DNA of 60,039 nt, taken from Candidatus Limnocylindria bacterium (GTDB taxonomy: Bacteria; Chloroflexota; Limnocylindria; QHBO01). This document shows positions 44,467-52,990 of this stretch, one piece after another (within the stretch, counting starts at the first letter, position 1; each line of letters begins with the position of its first letter). Made by a program: the position numbers and the translations under genes. Location of the stretch: assembly GCA_036265975.1 (NCBI GenBank), contig DATAOD010000069.1, positions 1 to 60,039 on the forward strand, given 5' to 3'. The notes under the pieces are model-generated. The model made no database searches. It saw only the letters and a list, made by a program, of their open reading frames with translations, and was not told the origin of the DNA.

Positions 44467-45351
44467 CTACGCGGCAGTGAGCGCGTAGATGCGGTCGCGG
44501 ACCTCTTCCAGGTCCACCTCGGGCGTGGACGTTCCGCCCGTGATCCCGATGTGCCCTTTCCCCGCGAGCCAGGAGGCGTAGTCGGCCTCGAGCTCATCCG
44601 CATCGGCGATGTGCACGGTTTCCTCGCACACCTCGCGGCACTTCACCGCCAGCTCCTTGGTATTCGAGGAGTTCTTGCCGCCGACCACCAGCATGGCGTC
44701 GACCTCGGCGGCCAGGCGAACCGAGTCGTCCTGGCGGGTCAAGGTCACCGGGCACACGGTGTTGACGACGCGCAGGTCGTGGCATCGGCGCAGGCAGAAG
44801 GCGGCGAACTCCTCCAGCTTGTGCGGCAGGATGGTCGACTGCGAGAGGACGCCCAGCTTCTTGGTGTGCGGGACGCGCTCCCAGGTGGAACGGTCCATGT
44901 CGTCCACCACGACGTGCCTCTCGCCGGCGTAGGAGCGGACGCCCTTGACCTCGGGGTGGTCCTCGTGGCCGATGATGCACACCGTGTAGCCGGCATCAGC
45001 CAGCTCACGGGCGGCCTTCTGCGACTGGAGCACCCAGGTGCAGGTGGCGTCGATGACCTGCAGGTCCTCCCCCTTGGAACGCAGCTTCTCCATCTCGGAC
45101 GCCGGCACGCCGTGGGCGCGGATGACGAGCGTGCCACCCTCGACCTGGTCGGCGAGGTCGGCGGTGCGGATGCCGCGGTCGGAGAGGTCGGCCTTGATGC
45201 CGGGGTTGTGCACCAGCTGACCGAGCGTGGTGACCTCGTCCCCCTGCTCGCGCGCGTGCTTGGCCTTGTCGATCGCCAGCCGCACGCCGTAGCAGAAGCC
45301 GGCGCGCTCGGCGATGCGCACGTCCGGGCGATGCGTGGTCGCGGTGATCAT
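44467..45351 (-). CDS. ispH: 4-hydroxy-3-methylbut-2-enyl diphosphate reductase
   Basis: GFCYGVRLAIDKA, RAHGV, NTVCPVT and VVGGKNSSNT motifs with the three cluster Cys. Start placed at the ATG at 45351 (the alternative at 45411 would collide with the divergent gene). Confidence 0.88.
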   Translation of the reverse strand: MITATTHRPDVRIAERAGFCYGVRLAIDKAKHAREQGDEVTTLGQLVHNPGIKADLSDRGIRTADLADQVEGGTLVIRAHGVPASEMEKLRSKGEDLQVIDATCTWVLQSQKAARELADAGYTVCIIGHEDHPEVKGVRSYAGERHVVVDDMDRSTWERVPHTKKLGVLSQSTILPHKLEEFAAFCLRRCHDLRVVNTVCPVTLTRQDDSVRLAAEVDAMLVVGGKNSSNTKELAVKCREVCEETVHIADADELEADYASWLAGKGHIGITGGTSTPEVDLEEVRDRIYALTAA

Positions 45352-45409
45352 CGCCTCAATTGTATCTGGCGAGGCTGGAGGAGCCGATTTCGGGGATATC
45401 CTGATCCGC

Positions 45410-45790
45410 ATGACGGAGCCGATCGTCTACGTCGATCGCTCGGACATTCGCACGCAGGACGTCGCGGCGCTGCGCGCGGCGATCGCGCGGCTGGTCGACT
45501 TCGTCGAGGAGCGCGAGCCGCAGCTGCTGGTCTATCGCATCCACCTCGACGAGCCGACCTCGACCATGTGGGTCGTGGCCGTCCATCCGGACGCCGCGTC
45601 GCTGGAGCTGCACCTGCGGATCGGTGGCCCCGAGTTCCGCAAGGTCGGTGAGTTCATCGTGCTGCGGGCAATCGACGTCTACGGCGGCGTCGGAGATGAG
45701 GTCATGGGCATGCTGCAGGACAAGGCGCGCATGCTCGGCGGCGCCACCGTTACCGCCCACCCGCCGCTGGCGGGGTTCGCTCGGACCTAG
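45410..45790 (+). CDS. Hypothetical protein (possibly ferredoxin-like alpha+beta barrel / ABM-like)
   Basis: 126 aa. Divergent from ispH. Fold assignment is only a guess from the alternating beta/alpha pattern. Confidence 0.5.
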   Translation: MTEPIVYVDRSDIRTQDVAALRAAIARLVDFVEEREPQLLVYRIHLDEPTSTMWVVAVHPDAASLELHLRIGGPEFRKVGEFIVLRAIDVYGGVGDEVMGMLQDKARMLGGATVTAHPPLAGFART

Positions 45791-46434
45791 CCCCAGCGCC
45801 CGCGTTGCTCTTCCGGCAGGAGTGCAGCGACGGCGCTCATCATGCGGTCGGTGCCCGCACGCAGGGCCGCGCGATCCAGGCCTTCTGCCTGCTCCGGCAG
45901 GCTGAACGTCTGCCCGATGCGGATCATGATCCGGTTGCGATGCGGCCATCGGCTGCGCCCGGGAAACAGCCGATGCGTCCCGGCCACGCCCACCGGCAGC
46001 ACCGGCACACCGGTCCTGATGGCCAGCAGCGCGCCACCCGGCCTCGCCTCGTGCATCTGGCCGTTCCTGCTGCGCGTGCCCTCCGGGAAGATGCCGATCA
46101 TGCGCCCCGCGCCGAGTAGGTCGAAGGCCTTGCGCTGGGCGGCCCGATCAGCCTCCCCCCGGCGAACGAAGAAGACCCCGGAGCTGCGCGCCAGGAAGCC
46201 GATCAGCGGCCATCGGCTCATCTCGTCCTTCGCCATGAAGTGGACGATCCGGCCCGTCCGATGTCCGACTGCCCAGCCGACGAACAGCGGGTCGAAATTC
46301 GAGGAATGGTTCGCCACCACCAACACCGGGCCCTCGCGCGGGACATGCTCCAGGCCCTCCACCTTGCCGGGCCCGAACAGCCACAGCAGCCAGCTGGTGA
46401 TGATCGCGCCCGGATGGAAGAACCAGGTGTGCAT
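45787..46434 (-). CDS. plsC: 1-acyl-sn-glycerol-3-phosphate acyltransferase family
   Basis: H-x4-D box VANHSSNFDP plus FPEGTRS. The ATG shares one nucleotide with the upstream stop (TAATG). Confidence 0.85.
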   Translation of the reverse strand: MHTWFFHPGAIITSWLLWLFGPGKVEGLEHVPREGPVLVVANHSSNFDPLFVGWAVGHRTGRIVHFMAKDEMSRWPLIGFLARSSGVFFVRRGEADRAAQRKAFDLLGAGRMIGIFPEGTRSRNGQMHEARPGGALLAIRTGVPVLPVGVAGTHRLFPGRSRWPHRNRIMIRIGQTFSLPEQAEGLDRAALRAGTDRMMSAVAALLPEEQRGRWG

Positions 46435-47951
46435 TAGCCCTGGCCCGATGCGATCGCCGCCGCGCGGCGGAAGCGCGCCGGCAGGTGGCCGACGATCTCC
46501 TCGACGCTGGCCTCTACGCCGAGCTCGCCGGTGTCGATGACCAGGGCGCCGTCCGCCTTGCGCAGCGGCGCAACCGCGCGACCGCTGTCGGCCGCGTCTC
46601 GTTGCTCGATCTCATGCAGGTAGCGCTCGAAGCGGTCCGGCCGGCCCATCTCCGAGGCGCGCCGCGCCGCGCGCACGGCGGCCGTGGCCGTCAGGAAGAC
46701 GCTCAGCGTGGCGTTGGGCAGCACCACGGTGCCGATGTCGCGGCCGACCATCACGCTGTCCTGGCGCCGCGCGACGGCACGCTGCAGCCGGACCATGGCG
46801 CTGCGCACCGGCGCATGTCGGCTGACCGCGCTGACCGCCCGATCCACGCGTGGCGTGCGGCTCTGGTGGGTCACGTCGCGGCCGTCCAGCAAGACCGTCT
46901 CGCGCCGGTCATCCTGCCCCACCTCGGGCCTTCGAACCTCGATTCGCACCTCGCCGGCCAGCCGGCCGAGCTCCTCGCCATCGTCCACGTCCATGCCACG
47001 CTCCAGCGCGGCGAGGGTGAGGGCGCGGTACATCAGCCCCGTATCCACGAAGGTCGCGCCCAGGCGCTGTGCCAGCGCGTAGCCGATGGTGCTCTTCCCC
47101 GATCCTGAGGGCCCGTCGATCGCCACTGCCAGGGCGGCCGCTCCACGTTCTTCTCGCCGCGGCTTCGATGCAGCCGCCTGTCCGACCAGGGCGTTCACTT
47201 CGGCTGCAGTGAGCTGGCGCCACTGCCCGCTGCGCAGGCCGCTGATGCCCAGCGAGCCGAGGCGCACGCGGACCAGGCGCCGGACGCGCAGGTTCACGGC
47301 GGCCATCAGGCGGCGCACCTCGCGCTTGCGCCCTTCGCCGACGCGCACGCGCAGCCAGGTGCCCGTCTCTGCCTCCTCGCGCTCCACCTCCCGGGGTGGC
47401 GCAGCAGGGCGCGCCGCCAGCAGCCGTGCGGGACCATCCTCCAGCGGGACGCCGTCCAGCAGGCTGACCAGCTCGCGCGGCTGCGGGGGCCGATCCACCA
47501 GCACTGCGTACTCGCGCTCCATGCCGTAGCGCGGGTGCAGCAGCCGGTTGGCCCACTCCCCGTCGTTGGTGAGGACCATGAGGCCCTCCGACTCGACGTC
47601 CAGGCGGCCGGCCGGCCAGAGGCGCGCCGCGTGCGAACCCGGCGCCTCGTCAAGCAGATGCACCACGCTGCGGCGCCCGCGCTCGTCCTGCGACGAGGAG
47701 ACCATGCCACGAGGCTTGTGGACCGCGAAGTGGATGGGCTCCTCCGCCCGCGAGATGGAGCGGCCATCCACCGCCACCTCGTCAACCTCCGGGTCGGCGG
47801 ACTGCCCGATGGCTGCCACCCGGCCGTTGACCGTCACCCGTCCAGCTTGGATCAGCCCCTCGGCGCCCCGGCGTGAGGCAAGGCCGGCCCTTGCCAGGAT
47901 CTTCTGGAGACGCTCAGCCGGCATCCGCCGGCTCCGCTGCCGCCTCGGCAA
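46434..47951 (-). CDS. Fused 23S rRNA pseudouridine synthase RluB-like (S4 + PseudoU_synth_2) and cytidylate kinase
   Basis: N-terminal half: RLQKILARAGLASRRGAEGLIQAGRVTVNG and the catalytic GRLDVESEGL. C-terminal half: AIDGPSGSGKSTIGYALAQRLGATFVDTGLMYR, the Cmk P-loop. One uninterrupted frame of 505 codons. Confidence 0.85.
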   Translation of the reverse strand: MPRRQRSRRMPAERLQKILARAGLASRRGAEGLIQAGRVTVNGRVAAIGQSADPEVDEVAVDGRSISRAEEPIHFAVHKPRGMVSSSQDERGRRSVVHLLDEAPGSHAARLWPAGRLDVESEGLMVLTNDGEWANRLLHPRYGMEREYAVLVDRPPQPRELVSLLDGVPLEDGPARLLAARPAAPPREVEREEAETGTWLRVRVGEGRKREVRRLMAAVNLRVRRLVRVRLGSLGISGLRSGQWRQLTAAEVNALVGQAAASKPRREERGAAALAVAIDGPSGSGKSTIGYALAQRLGATFVDTGLMYRALTLAALERGMDVDDGEELGRLAGEVRIEVRRPEVGQDDRRETVLLDGRDVTHQSRTPRVDRAVSAVSRHAPVRSAMVRLQRAVARRQDSVMVGRDIGTVVLPNATLSVFLTATAAVRAARRASEMGRPDRFERYLHEIEQRDAADSGRAVAPLRKADGALVIDTGELGVEASVEEIVGHLPARFRRAAAIASGQG

Positions 47952-48501
47952 CTGCCGTATCGGCGGCGGTCAGCGCCGCCAGTGCGGCCGCGTCGCTGGA
48001 CAGCGGCGGCAGCTCCTCCAGGGACGTCAGCCCGAATCGCTCCAGGAACGTGAACGTCGTGCCCAGCAGGATCGGCCGACCGGGCGTGTCGCGGCGGCCG
48101 ACCTCTGTGATCAGGCGGCGATGCAGCAGCGAGCGGATCACGTAGTCGGAGTCCACGCCGCGCACGCGGTCGACATCGGCCCGCGTGCAAGGCTGCCGGT
48201 AGGCGACCACCGCAAGCGCCTCGAGCGCAGGGCCGGACAGCCGAGCCTCCTGCCGTGCGGCATAGGCGGCCAGGCGCGTACCGAGCTCGGGCGCGGTAAC
48301 GAGCTGCCATTCGTCGGCGAGGCGCTGCAGGCGCAGCCCGCGGCCATCCTCGGCCAGGCGCTCGCCCATGTCGGACAGCGCCCCCTCGGCGTGCAGCGCC
48401 GGTACCTCGGCCAGCTCGGCAAGCTCTGTGGTGGTCAGAGGTCGCTCGGCGATGAACAGCAGCGCCTCGAAGTAGGCGCCCAGGTCCTGCTCGTCGTTCA
48501 C
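47914..48501 (-). CDS. scpB: Segregation and condensation protein B
   Basis: LEALLFIAERPLTTTELAEL and LEALAVVAYRQPCTRADVDRVRGV winged helices. The GTG at 48501 overlaps the scpA stop (GTGA). Confidence 0.85.
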   Translation of the reverse strand: MNDEQDLGAYFEALLFIAERPLTTTELAELAEVPALHAEGALSDMGERLAEDGRGLRLQRLADEWQLVTAPELGTRLAAYAARQEARLSGPALEALAVVAYRQPCTRADVDRVRGVDSDYVIRSLLHRRLITEVGRRDTPGRPILLGTTFTFLERFGLTSLEELPPLSSDAAALAALTAADTAVAEAAAEPADAG

Positions 48502-49253
48502 GAGCCTGCCTCCGTGCCCACGGTGCGGATCAGGATCGGCCCGAACAGCTCCGACTGCTCCACCGTCGCCTGTCGCCGGCGCACGAGCTCCAGCATGGCG
48601 AGGACCGTGACGCTGATCTCGGTTCGGCTGCGGCATGCTGCCAGCACGGTCTGCAGCACGACCTTGCCCGCCGATCCCATGGCGCGTCGCAGGGCGGCGA
48701 TTTGCATCGCAATCGTCACCTCGCGCGGCACCACGGCCGGCGGCGGTGCCACCGGCTCGGGAATCGCTGCCAGCCGATGCAGCGCGTCGGCCAGCATGGC
48801 GGCCGGAAGCGCCTCGCCCACGGCCTCCGGCAGGTCGGCCTCGCGCGGCTCGCGTCGATGTGCCGGGCGCTCGCCGTCCCAGTCTCCCAGCCTGCGAGCC
48901 GCGTCGCGCAGGGCCCGATACTCGATCAGCCGGCGGCGGAGCTCTTCCTCGTCCGGCTCGTCCTCGGCGGTTGCGGCGCCCGGTTGCGGCTCCCCGGGGA
49001 GCAGCCGGCGGGACTTCAGCAGAATGAGCTGGGCGGCGATGGCCACGAAGTCGGCCAGCTCGGCCGCGGGCACCGGATGCCCGGACAGGTGCCCAACGTA
49101 CGCGTCCGCCATCTCGGCCAGCGGCACGGTCAGCACGTCGAGCTCACGCGACTCGATCAGGTGCAGCAGCAGGTCGAGCGGGCCGGAGAAGACGTCCAGC
49201 TGCAGCTGGAACGGCTCCTCGTCGGGCTCGATCGGGATCGGCTCCATTGGCAT
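48498..49253 (-). CDS. scpA: Segregation and condensation protein A
   Basis: FSGPLDLLLHLIESRELDVLTVPLAEMADAY is the kleisin N-terminus. C-terminal winged helix ILAMLELVRRRQ. Confidence 0.88.
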   Translation of the reverse strand: MPMEPIPIEPDEEPFQLQLDVFSGPLDLLLHLIESRELDVLTVPLAEMADAYVGHLSGHPVPAAELADFVAIAAQLILLKSRRLLPGEPQPGAATAEDEPDEEELRRRLIEYRALRDAARRLGDWDGERPAHRREPREADLPEAVGEALPAAMLADALHRLAAIPEPVAPPPAVVPREVTIAMQIAALRRAMGSAGKVVLQTVLAACRSRTEISVTVLAMLELVRRRQATVEQSELFGPILIRTVGTEAGS

Positions 49254-49258
49254 GACGC

Positions 49259-49744
49259 TCAGGATGCCTCGTCCGCCGCCCTGAAGGCGGCCGCCAGCGA
49301 CGCATCAGGCGCTGCCGGCGTCCCGCGGATGAACGCCACCGACCGCGGCGAGCAGCCGGCCGCGGCGGCCGCATCGGCCGAAAGATCCGCGTGGTGCAGG
49401 TACAGGTGGAATGGATAGCGCCATGAGCGGGGGTCCGCGGCGGCGAGCCGAGTGAGCATCCCTGGCGCGGATGCGTCCAGCAGCACGCCCGCAACGCGGT
49501 GCCAGAGTCGCATGCGATGGCCCTTGGCGCAGTCGTGAAGCAGCGCGGCGGTCAGCAGGTCGCGATCGTCACGTCCGGCGCCCGTCAGCCGCGCCACCAC
49601 GTCCAACGCGTGGCGCCGGTCCGCTACGGGCATGGCGGTGAACAGGTGCCAGGCCTGAGGCGGCAGGACCCGGCGTGCCAGCTCGTTCTCGTCGGGCGCC
49701 ACCCGGGCGCGAATGTGGCCGAGGAACTGCCCGACCCTATGCAC
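49259..49744 (-). CDS. HD-domain phosphohydrolase family protein
   Basis: H...HD pattern (RRHALDV, AALLHDCAK). 161 aa. Overlaps the upstream M50 gene by 8 nt. Confidence 0.68.
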   Translation of the reverse strand: MHRVGQFLGHIRARVAPDENELARRVLPPQAWHLFTAMPVADRRHALDVVARLTGAGRDDRDLLTAALLHDCAKGHRMRLWHRVAGVLLDASAPGMLTRLAAADPRSWRYPFHLYLHHADLSADAAAAAGCSPRSVAFIRGTPAAPDASLAAAFRAADEAS

Positions 49745-50378
49745 CGGTCAGCACGCCGGTGATGCCGCTGGCCAGGTCGAACAGCCAGCTCAGCGGGCTG
49801 ATGCCACCGCCCAGGCGAGGCAGCAGGATGATCACCAGCAGGACGAGCATCCCGTATCCGGCGTAGCGCTGGACCGTCAGCGCGGTGCGCAGCGGTAGGA
49901 ACGGCAGGACCAGGTTGTACCCGTCCAGCGGCGGGATCGGCAGGAGGTTGAAGAGTCCCAGCGCCACGTTGAAGAACACCAGCGAGGCCAGCAACTGGAT
50001 GGCGAACTCGCCCACCGACCCGCTCGGCGCTGCCAGGTCGACCAGCCGGAAGACGATTCCGGCGATGGCGGCCACGAACAGGTTGGCCAACGGCCCGGCG
50101 GCGGCCACGTACGCCATGCCGATGCGTCCCGGGCGCAGCGCGTACTGGTTGACCATCACGGGCCTGCCCCAGCCGAAGCCCGCGATGATGAAGAACAGCG
50201 CTCCCATGGGGTCGATGTGCGCCGCGGGGTTCAGGCTGACCCGTCCCATGGCGCGTGGCCGGGCGTCGCCGAGCTGATCGGCCACGAAGGCGTGCATGAA
50301 CTCGTGGAAGGTGATGCCCACGATCAGGGCGATAGCCAGCGCGACGATCTCGGCCGCGCTTAGGCTCAGGAACAGCAT
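49737..50378 (-). CDS. Site-2 protease family (M50) membrane metalloprotease, short form
   Basis: HEFMHAFVA (HExxH) in TM1 and NLLPIPPLDG in a later TM. Confidence 0.8.
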   Translation of the reverse strand: MLFLSLSAAEIVALAIALIVGITFHEFMHAFVADQLGDARPRAMGRVSLNPAAHIDPMGALFFIIAGFGWGRPVMVNQYALRPGRIGMAYVAAAGPLANLFVAAIAGIVFRLVDLAAPSGSVGEFAIQLLASLVFFNVALGLFNLLPIPPLDGYNLVLPFLPLRTALTVQRYAGYGMLVLLVIILLPRLGGGISPLSWLFDLASGITGVLTGA

Positions 50379-51281
50379 CTAATCGGGCTCCGTCGTGGCC
50401 AGCTCGGGCAGCAGCTCGCGCAGGACCTGGACCAGGCGCGCCGCGCCGATCGGGCCCATGGCCAGGACCTCCTCATGCGTGACCTGGCCCTCCATGTCCG
50501 GCGTTGCCTTGTTCGTCACCAGGCTGAATCCCAGCACCCGCACGCCCATGTGGCGCGCCACCAGCAGCTCGTGGACGGTCGACATGCCCACGGCATCGGC
50601 TCCGAGCGTGCGGAGCATCCGCAGCTCTGCGCGGGTCTCGTAGGCGGGGCCTGACAGCATCAGGTACACGCCTTCGCGCAGGCTGACGCCGGCGCGCGAA
50701 GCTGCAGCGTGGGCGCGCTCCCTCAGCCCGGCATCCCAGGCGTCGCTCATGGCCAGGAAGCGAGGCCCGAGCGCGTCCAGGTTGGGACCGAGCAGCGGGT
50801 TCTCGCCAGAAAGGTTGATCGTGTCGCTGATGACCATCACGTCCCCAGGATCGAACTCCGGGTTCACGCCGCCGGAGGCATTGGTCAGCACCAGCGTGTC
50901 GACCCCCAGCGTCAGCACCGCGCGCAGCAGCAGGGTCGCCTGGCGGTGGCTCCAGCCCTCGTATGGGTGCGCGCGTCCCGACAGGAGCGCGACCGTCGTT
51001 CCGCCGGCGCGGCCGAAGACGAGCTCGCCGGCATGGCCCACCACCTCGGAGCCGGGGACGTTGGGAATGTCGCGGTACGGGATGCGCAGCTGCGGCTCCC
51101 CGTCCAGAAGCTCCACGACGCCGCCCAGCCCGGATCCGAGCACGAACGCAAGCTGCGGCCGCTCGAGCTCGGATGCGTCGGGCAGTCGCTCGCGAATGAA
51201 CGAGGCGGTCTCATCGATGCGCCGTTCGAGCTCCGTGCCGTAGAGCCCGTCGGGCAATGCGCCCCGGCGGACCGGCTCCAC
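50379..51281 (-). CDS. punA: Purine nucleoside phosphorylase (trimeric PNP/MTAP family)
   Basis: FVLGSGLG, GRAHPYEG and LGADAVGMSTVHE motifs. Confidence 0.86.
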   Translation of the reverse strand: MEPVRRGALPDGLYGTELERRIDETASFIRERLPDASELERPQLAFVLGSGLGGVVELLDGEPQLRIPYRDIPNVPGSEVVGHAGELVFGRAGGTTVALLSGRAHPYEGWSHRQATLLLRAVLTLGVDTLVLTNASGGVNPEFDPGDVMVISDTINLSGENPLLGPNLDALGPRFLAMSDAWDAGLRERAHAAASRAGVSLREGVYLMLSGPAYETRAELRMLRTLGADAVGMSTVHELLVARHMGVRVLGFSLVTNKATPDMEGQVTHEEVLAMGPIGAARLVQVLRELLPELATTEPD

Positions 51282-52073
51282 CTACATCCGCTCCAGGATG
51301 TCGCGCTTCTTGGCCTCGTACTCCTCCGGCGTGATCAGGCCCTTGTCCCGCAGTCCGCCGAGGCTCTCCAGCGTGGCGGCCAGGCGGGTGGAAGGATCGG
51401 AGGTCTCGGCCTCCGCGGCGGGCGCAGGCGCCGCAGCCGGCGCCGGCGCAGCATCCGGTCGTACCTCCGACACGCGATCAGATCCGGCGCGCGGCGGCAT
51501 CGGCTCGGCGCGCTGCATCTGCGGTGTCGGCGCGGGACGCTGAACGCGCGGCGGAGCGAGGTCCGGGAACTCCAGGCGCTCCTTCTGGTTGAGCATCGCA
51601 ACCTTGAACTTCACCGGTTCGGCCAGCATCGGGAAGTCGTTGAGCAGCCCCGTCTCAGCCGCGTCGGACGCGGTCAGGATGTCGAGCGTGCCGTAGTCGA
51701 AGATGCGGCCGAAGAGGCTCTGGCTCAGGCGGGCGTCGTTGACCTTCTCGAGGCTGGAATCGCCCATCTCCTTGTTGAAGATGCCCTGCGCCTTGATGAC
51801 GCGGCGCGTGGTAATCAGGTACTCCTGGTTGCGCCAGGCCCAGATCTTGAGGCCGATGTAGACCAGGCAGATCAGCAGCGCCACCAGCGCCACGATCTGG
51901 ACGATACCGCGGAACTGGCCGATGTCGGTCGTGCTGGCCCAGATGGTGACTGCGAGGGCGACCACGGCCCCGATGATGTACAGCCATGTCTCGGCGACGA
52001 CGGCGAACCAATGCTGCCGGCTTTCGAAGACGATCTCCTCGCCGCGGCTCAGCAGGTTCCTGGCGTAGCTCAT
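51282..52073 (-). CDS. Membrane bPH (DUF304/YdbS-like) domain protein with Ala/Pro linker and C-terminal SHOCT domain
   Basis: Two TM helices followed by a bPH-like module (EYLITTRRVIKAQGIFNKEM...I). Low-complexity APAPAAA linker. Terminal LRDKGLITPEEYEAKKRDIL SHOCT motif. Confidence 0.68.
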   Translation of the reverse strand: MSYARNLLSRGEEIVFESRQHWFAVVAETWLYIIGAVVALAVTIWASTTDIGQFRGIVQIVALVALLICLVYIGLKIWAWRNQEYLITTRRVIKAQGIFNKEMGDSSLEKVNDARLSQSLFGRIFDYGTLDILTASDAAETGLLNDFPMLAEPVKFKVAMLNQKERLEFPDLAPPRVQRPAPTPQMQRAEPMPPRAGSDRVSEVRPDAAPAPAAAPAPAAEAETSDPSTRLAATLESLGGLRDKGLITPEEYEAKKRDILERM

Positions 52074-52090
52074 CTGGCCGTGCTCCGTGC

Positions 52091-52990
52091 TCAGGCTCTC
52101 GGGTGCGCCCGGGCGTACACCTCGCGCAGGCGCTCGCCGGTCAGGTGCGTATAGAGCTGGGTGGTGCTGATGCTAGCATGGCCCAGGAGGGTCTGGACCA
52201 CCCGCAGATCGGCGCCGCCCTCCAGCAGATGGGTCGCAAAGCTGTGCCGGAAGGTGTGCGGTGTGACATGCCCTTGCACCCCTGCCGCTCGCGTCCAGCG
52301 CCGCACCATCCGCCACACCGCCTCGCGCGTCAGCCGCGTTCCGCGCTGGCTCACGAAGACTGCCGGCGTCGGCTTCCTGGCGGTCCAATCCCGGCGCGGG
52401 CCGACCAGGTACCGATGCATCCGCTCGCGCGCCGGCTCCCCCATCGGCACCCGCCGCTCCTTGTTGCCCTTGCCGATGACGCGGACCTGCAGGTGCGCCA
52501 GGTCCAGCCGGTCGAGGTCCAGGCCGGTCAGCTCACTGACCCGCAGGCCGCAGGCGTACAGCAGCTCCAGGATGGCGGCATCACGCATGCCCACGGGGTC
52601 ATCGGATGGGGGTGCGGCCAGGATGCGCTCCACGTCATCCGCGTCGAGGACATCCGGCAGATAGGTGCCCGGCCGCGGGCTGTCGAGCAGCGCTGCCACG
52701 TCCCGGCGGGCGATCCCCTCGCGCAGCGCAAAGCCATAGAAGCTGCGGATGGCGGCCACCTTGCGCGCCTGGGTCGTGGGCCGCTGGCCCGCACGCCGCA
52801 GGCCGTTGACGAACTCGGCCACCGGCTGCGGATCGTCGCGCCAGCGCGGTCCCGCTGACGCGGCGAACTGGGCCAGGTCACGCCGGTAGGCACTGATGGT
52901 CAGCGGCGCGAGCCCGCGCTCCACGCGCAGCTCCAGCAGGAAGGCGTCAATCGCGTCGCCCAGCGCCGCGTCGGCCGCCCGCGCCATCAC
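52091..52990 (-). CDS. xerD: Site-specific tyrosine recombinase XerD
   Basis: R..HxxR..Y catalytic set (GLRVSEL, HTFRHSFATHLL, LGHASISTTQLYTH). Positioned after recN as in actinobacterial chromosomes. Confidence 0.86.
   Translation of the reverse strand: MMARAADAALGDAIDAFLLELRVERGLAPLTISAYRRDLAQFAASAGPRWRDDPQPVAEFVNGLRRAGQRPTTQARKVAAIRSFYGFALREGIARRDVAALLDSPRPGTYLPDVLDADDVERILAAPPSDDPVGMRDAAILELLYACGLRVSELTGLDLDRLDLAHLQVRVIGKGNKERRVPMGEPARERMHRYLVGPRRDWTARKPTPAVFVSQRGTRLTREAVWRMVRRWTRAAGVQGHVTPHTFRHSFATHLLEGGADLRVVQTLLGHASISTTQLYTHLTGERLREVYARAHPRA

Noticed and set aside
47548-49284. 578-aa plus-strand ORF over rluB/scpB/scpA
   Set aside because: Antisense shadow ORF with low-complexity Ser/Arg/Ala content. 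The minus-strand genes are conserved and translationally coupled.
52091-52990. Tyrosine recombinase as a marker of a mobile element
   Set aside because: It sits in the conserved recN-xerD chromosomal context with housekeeping neighbours on both sides and no att-like repeats. Best explained as chromosomal XerD.
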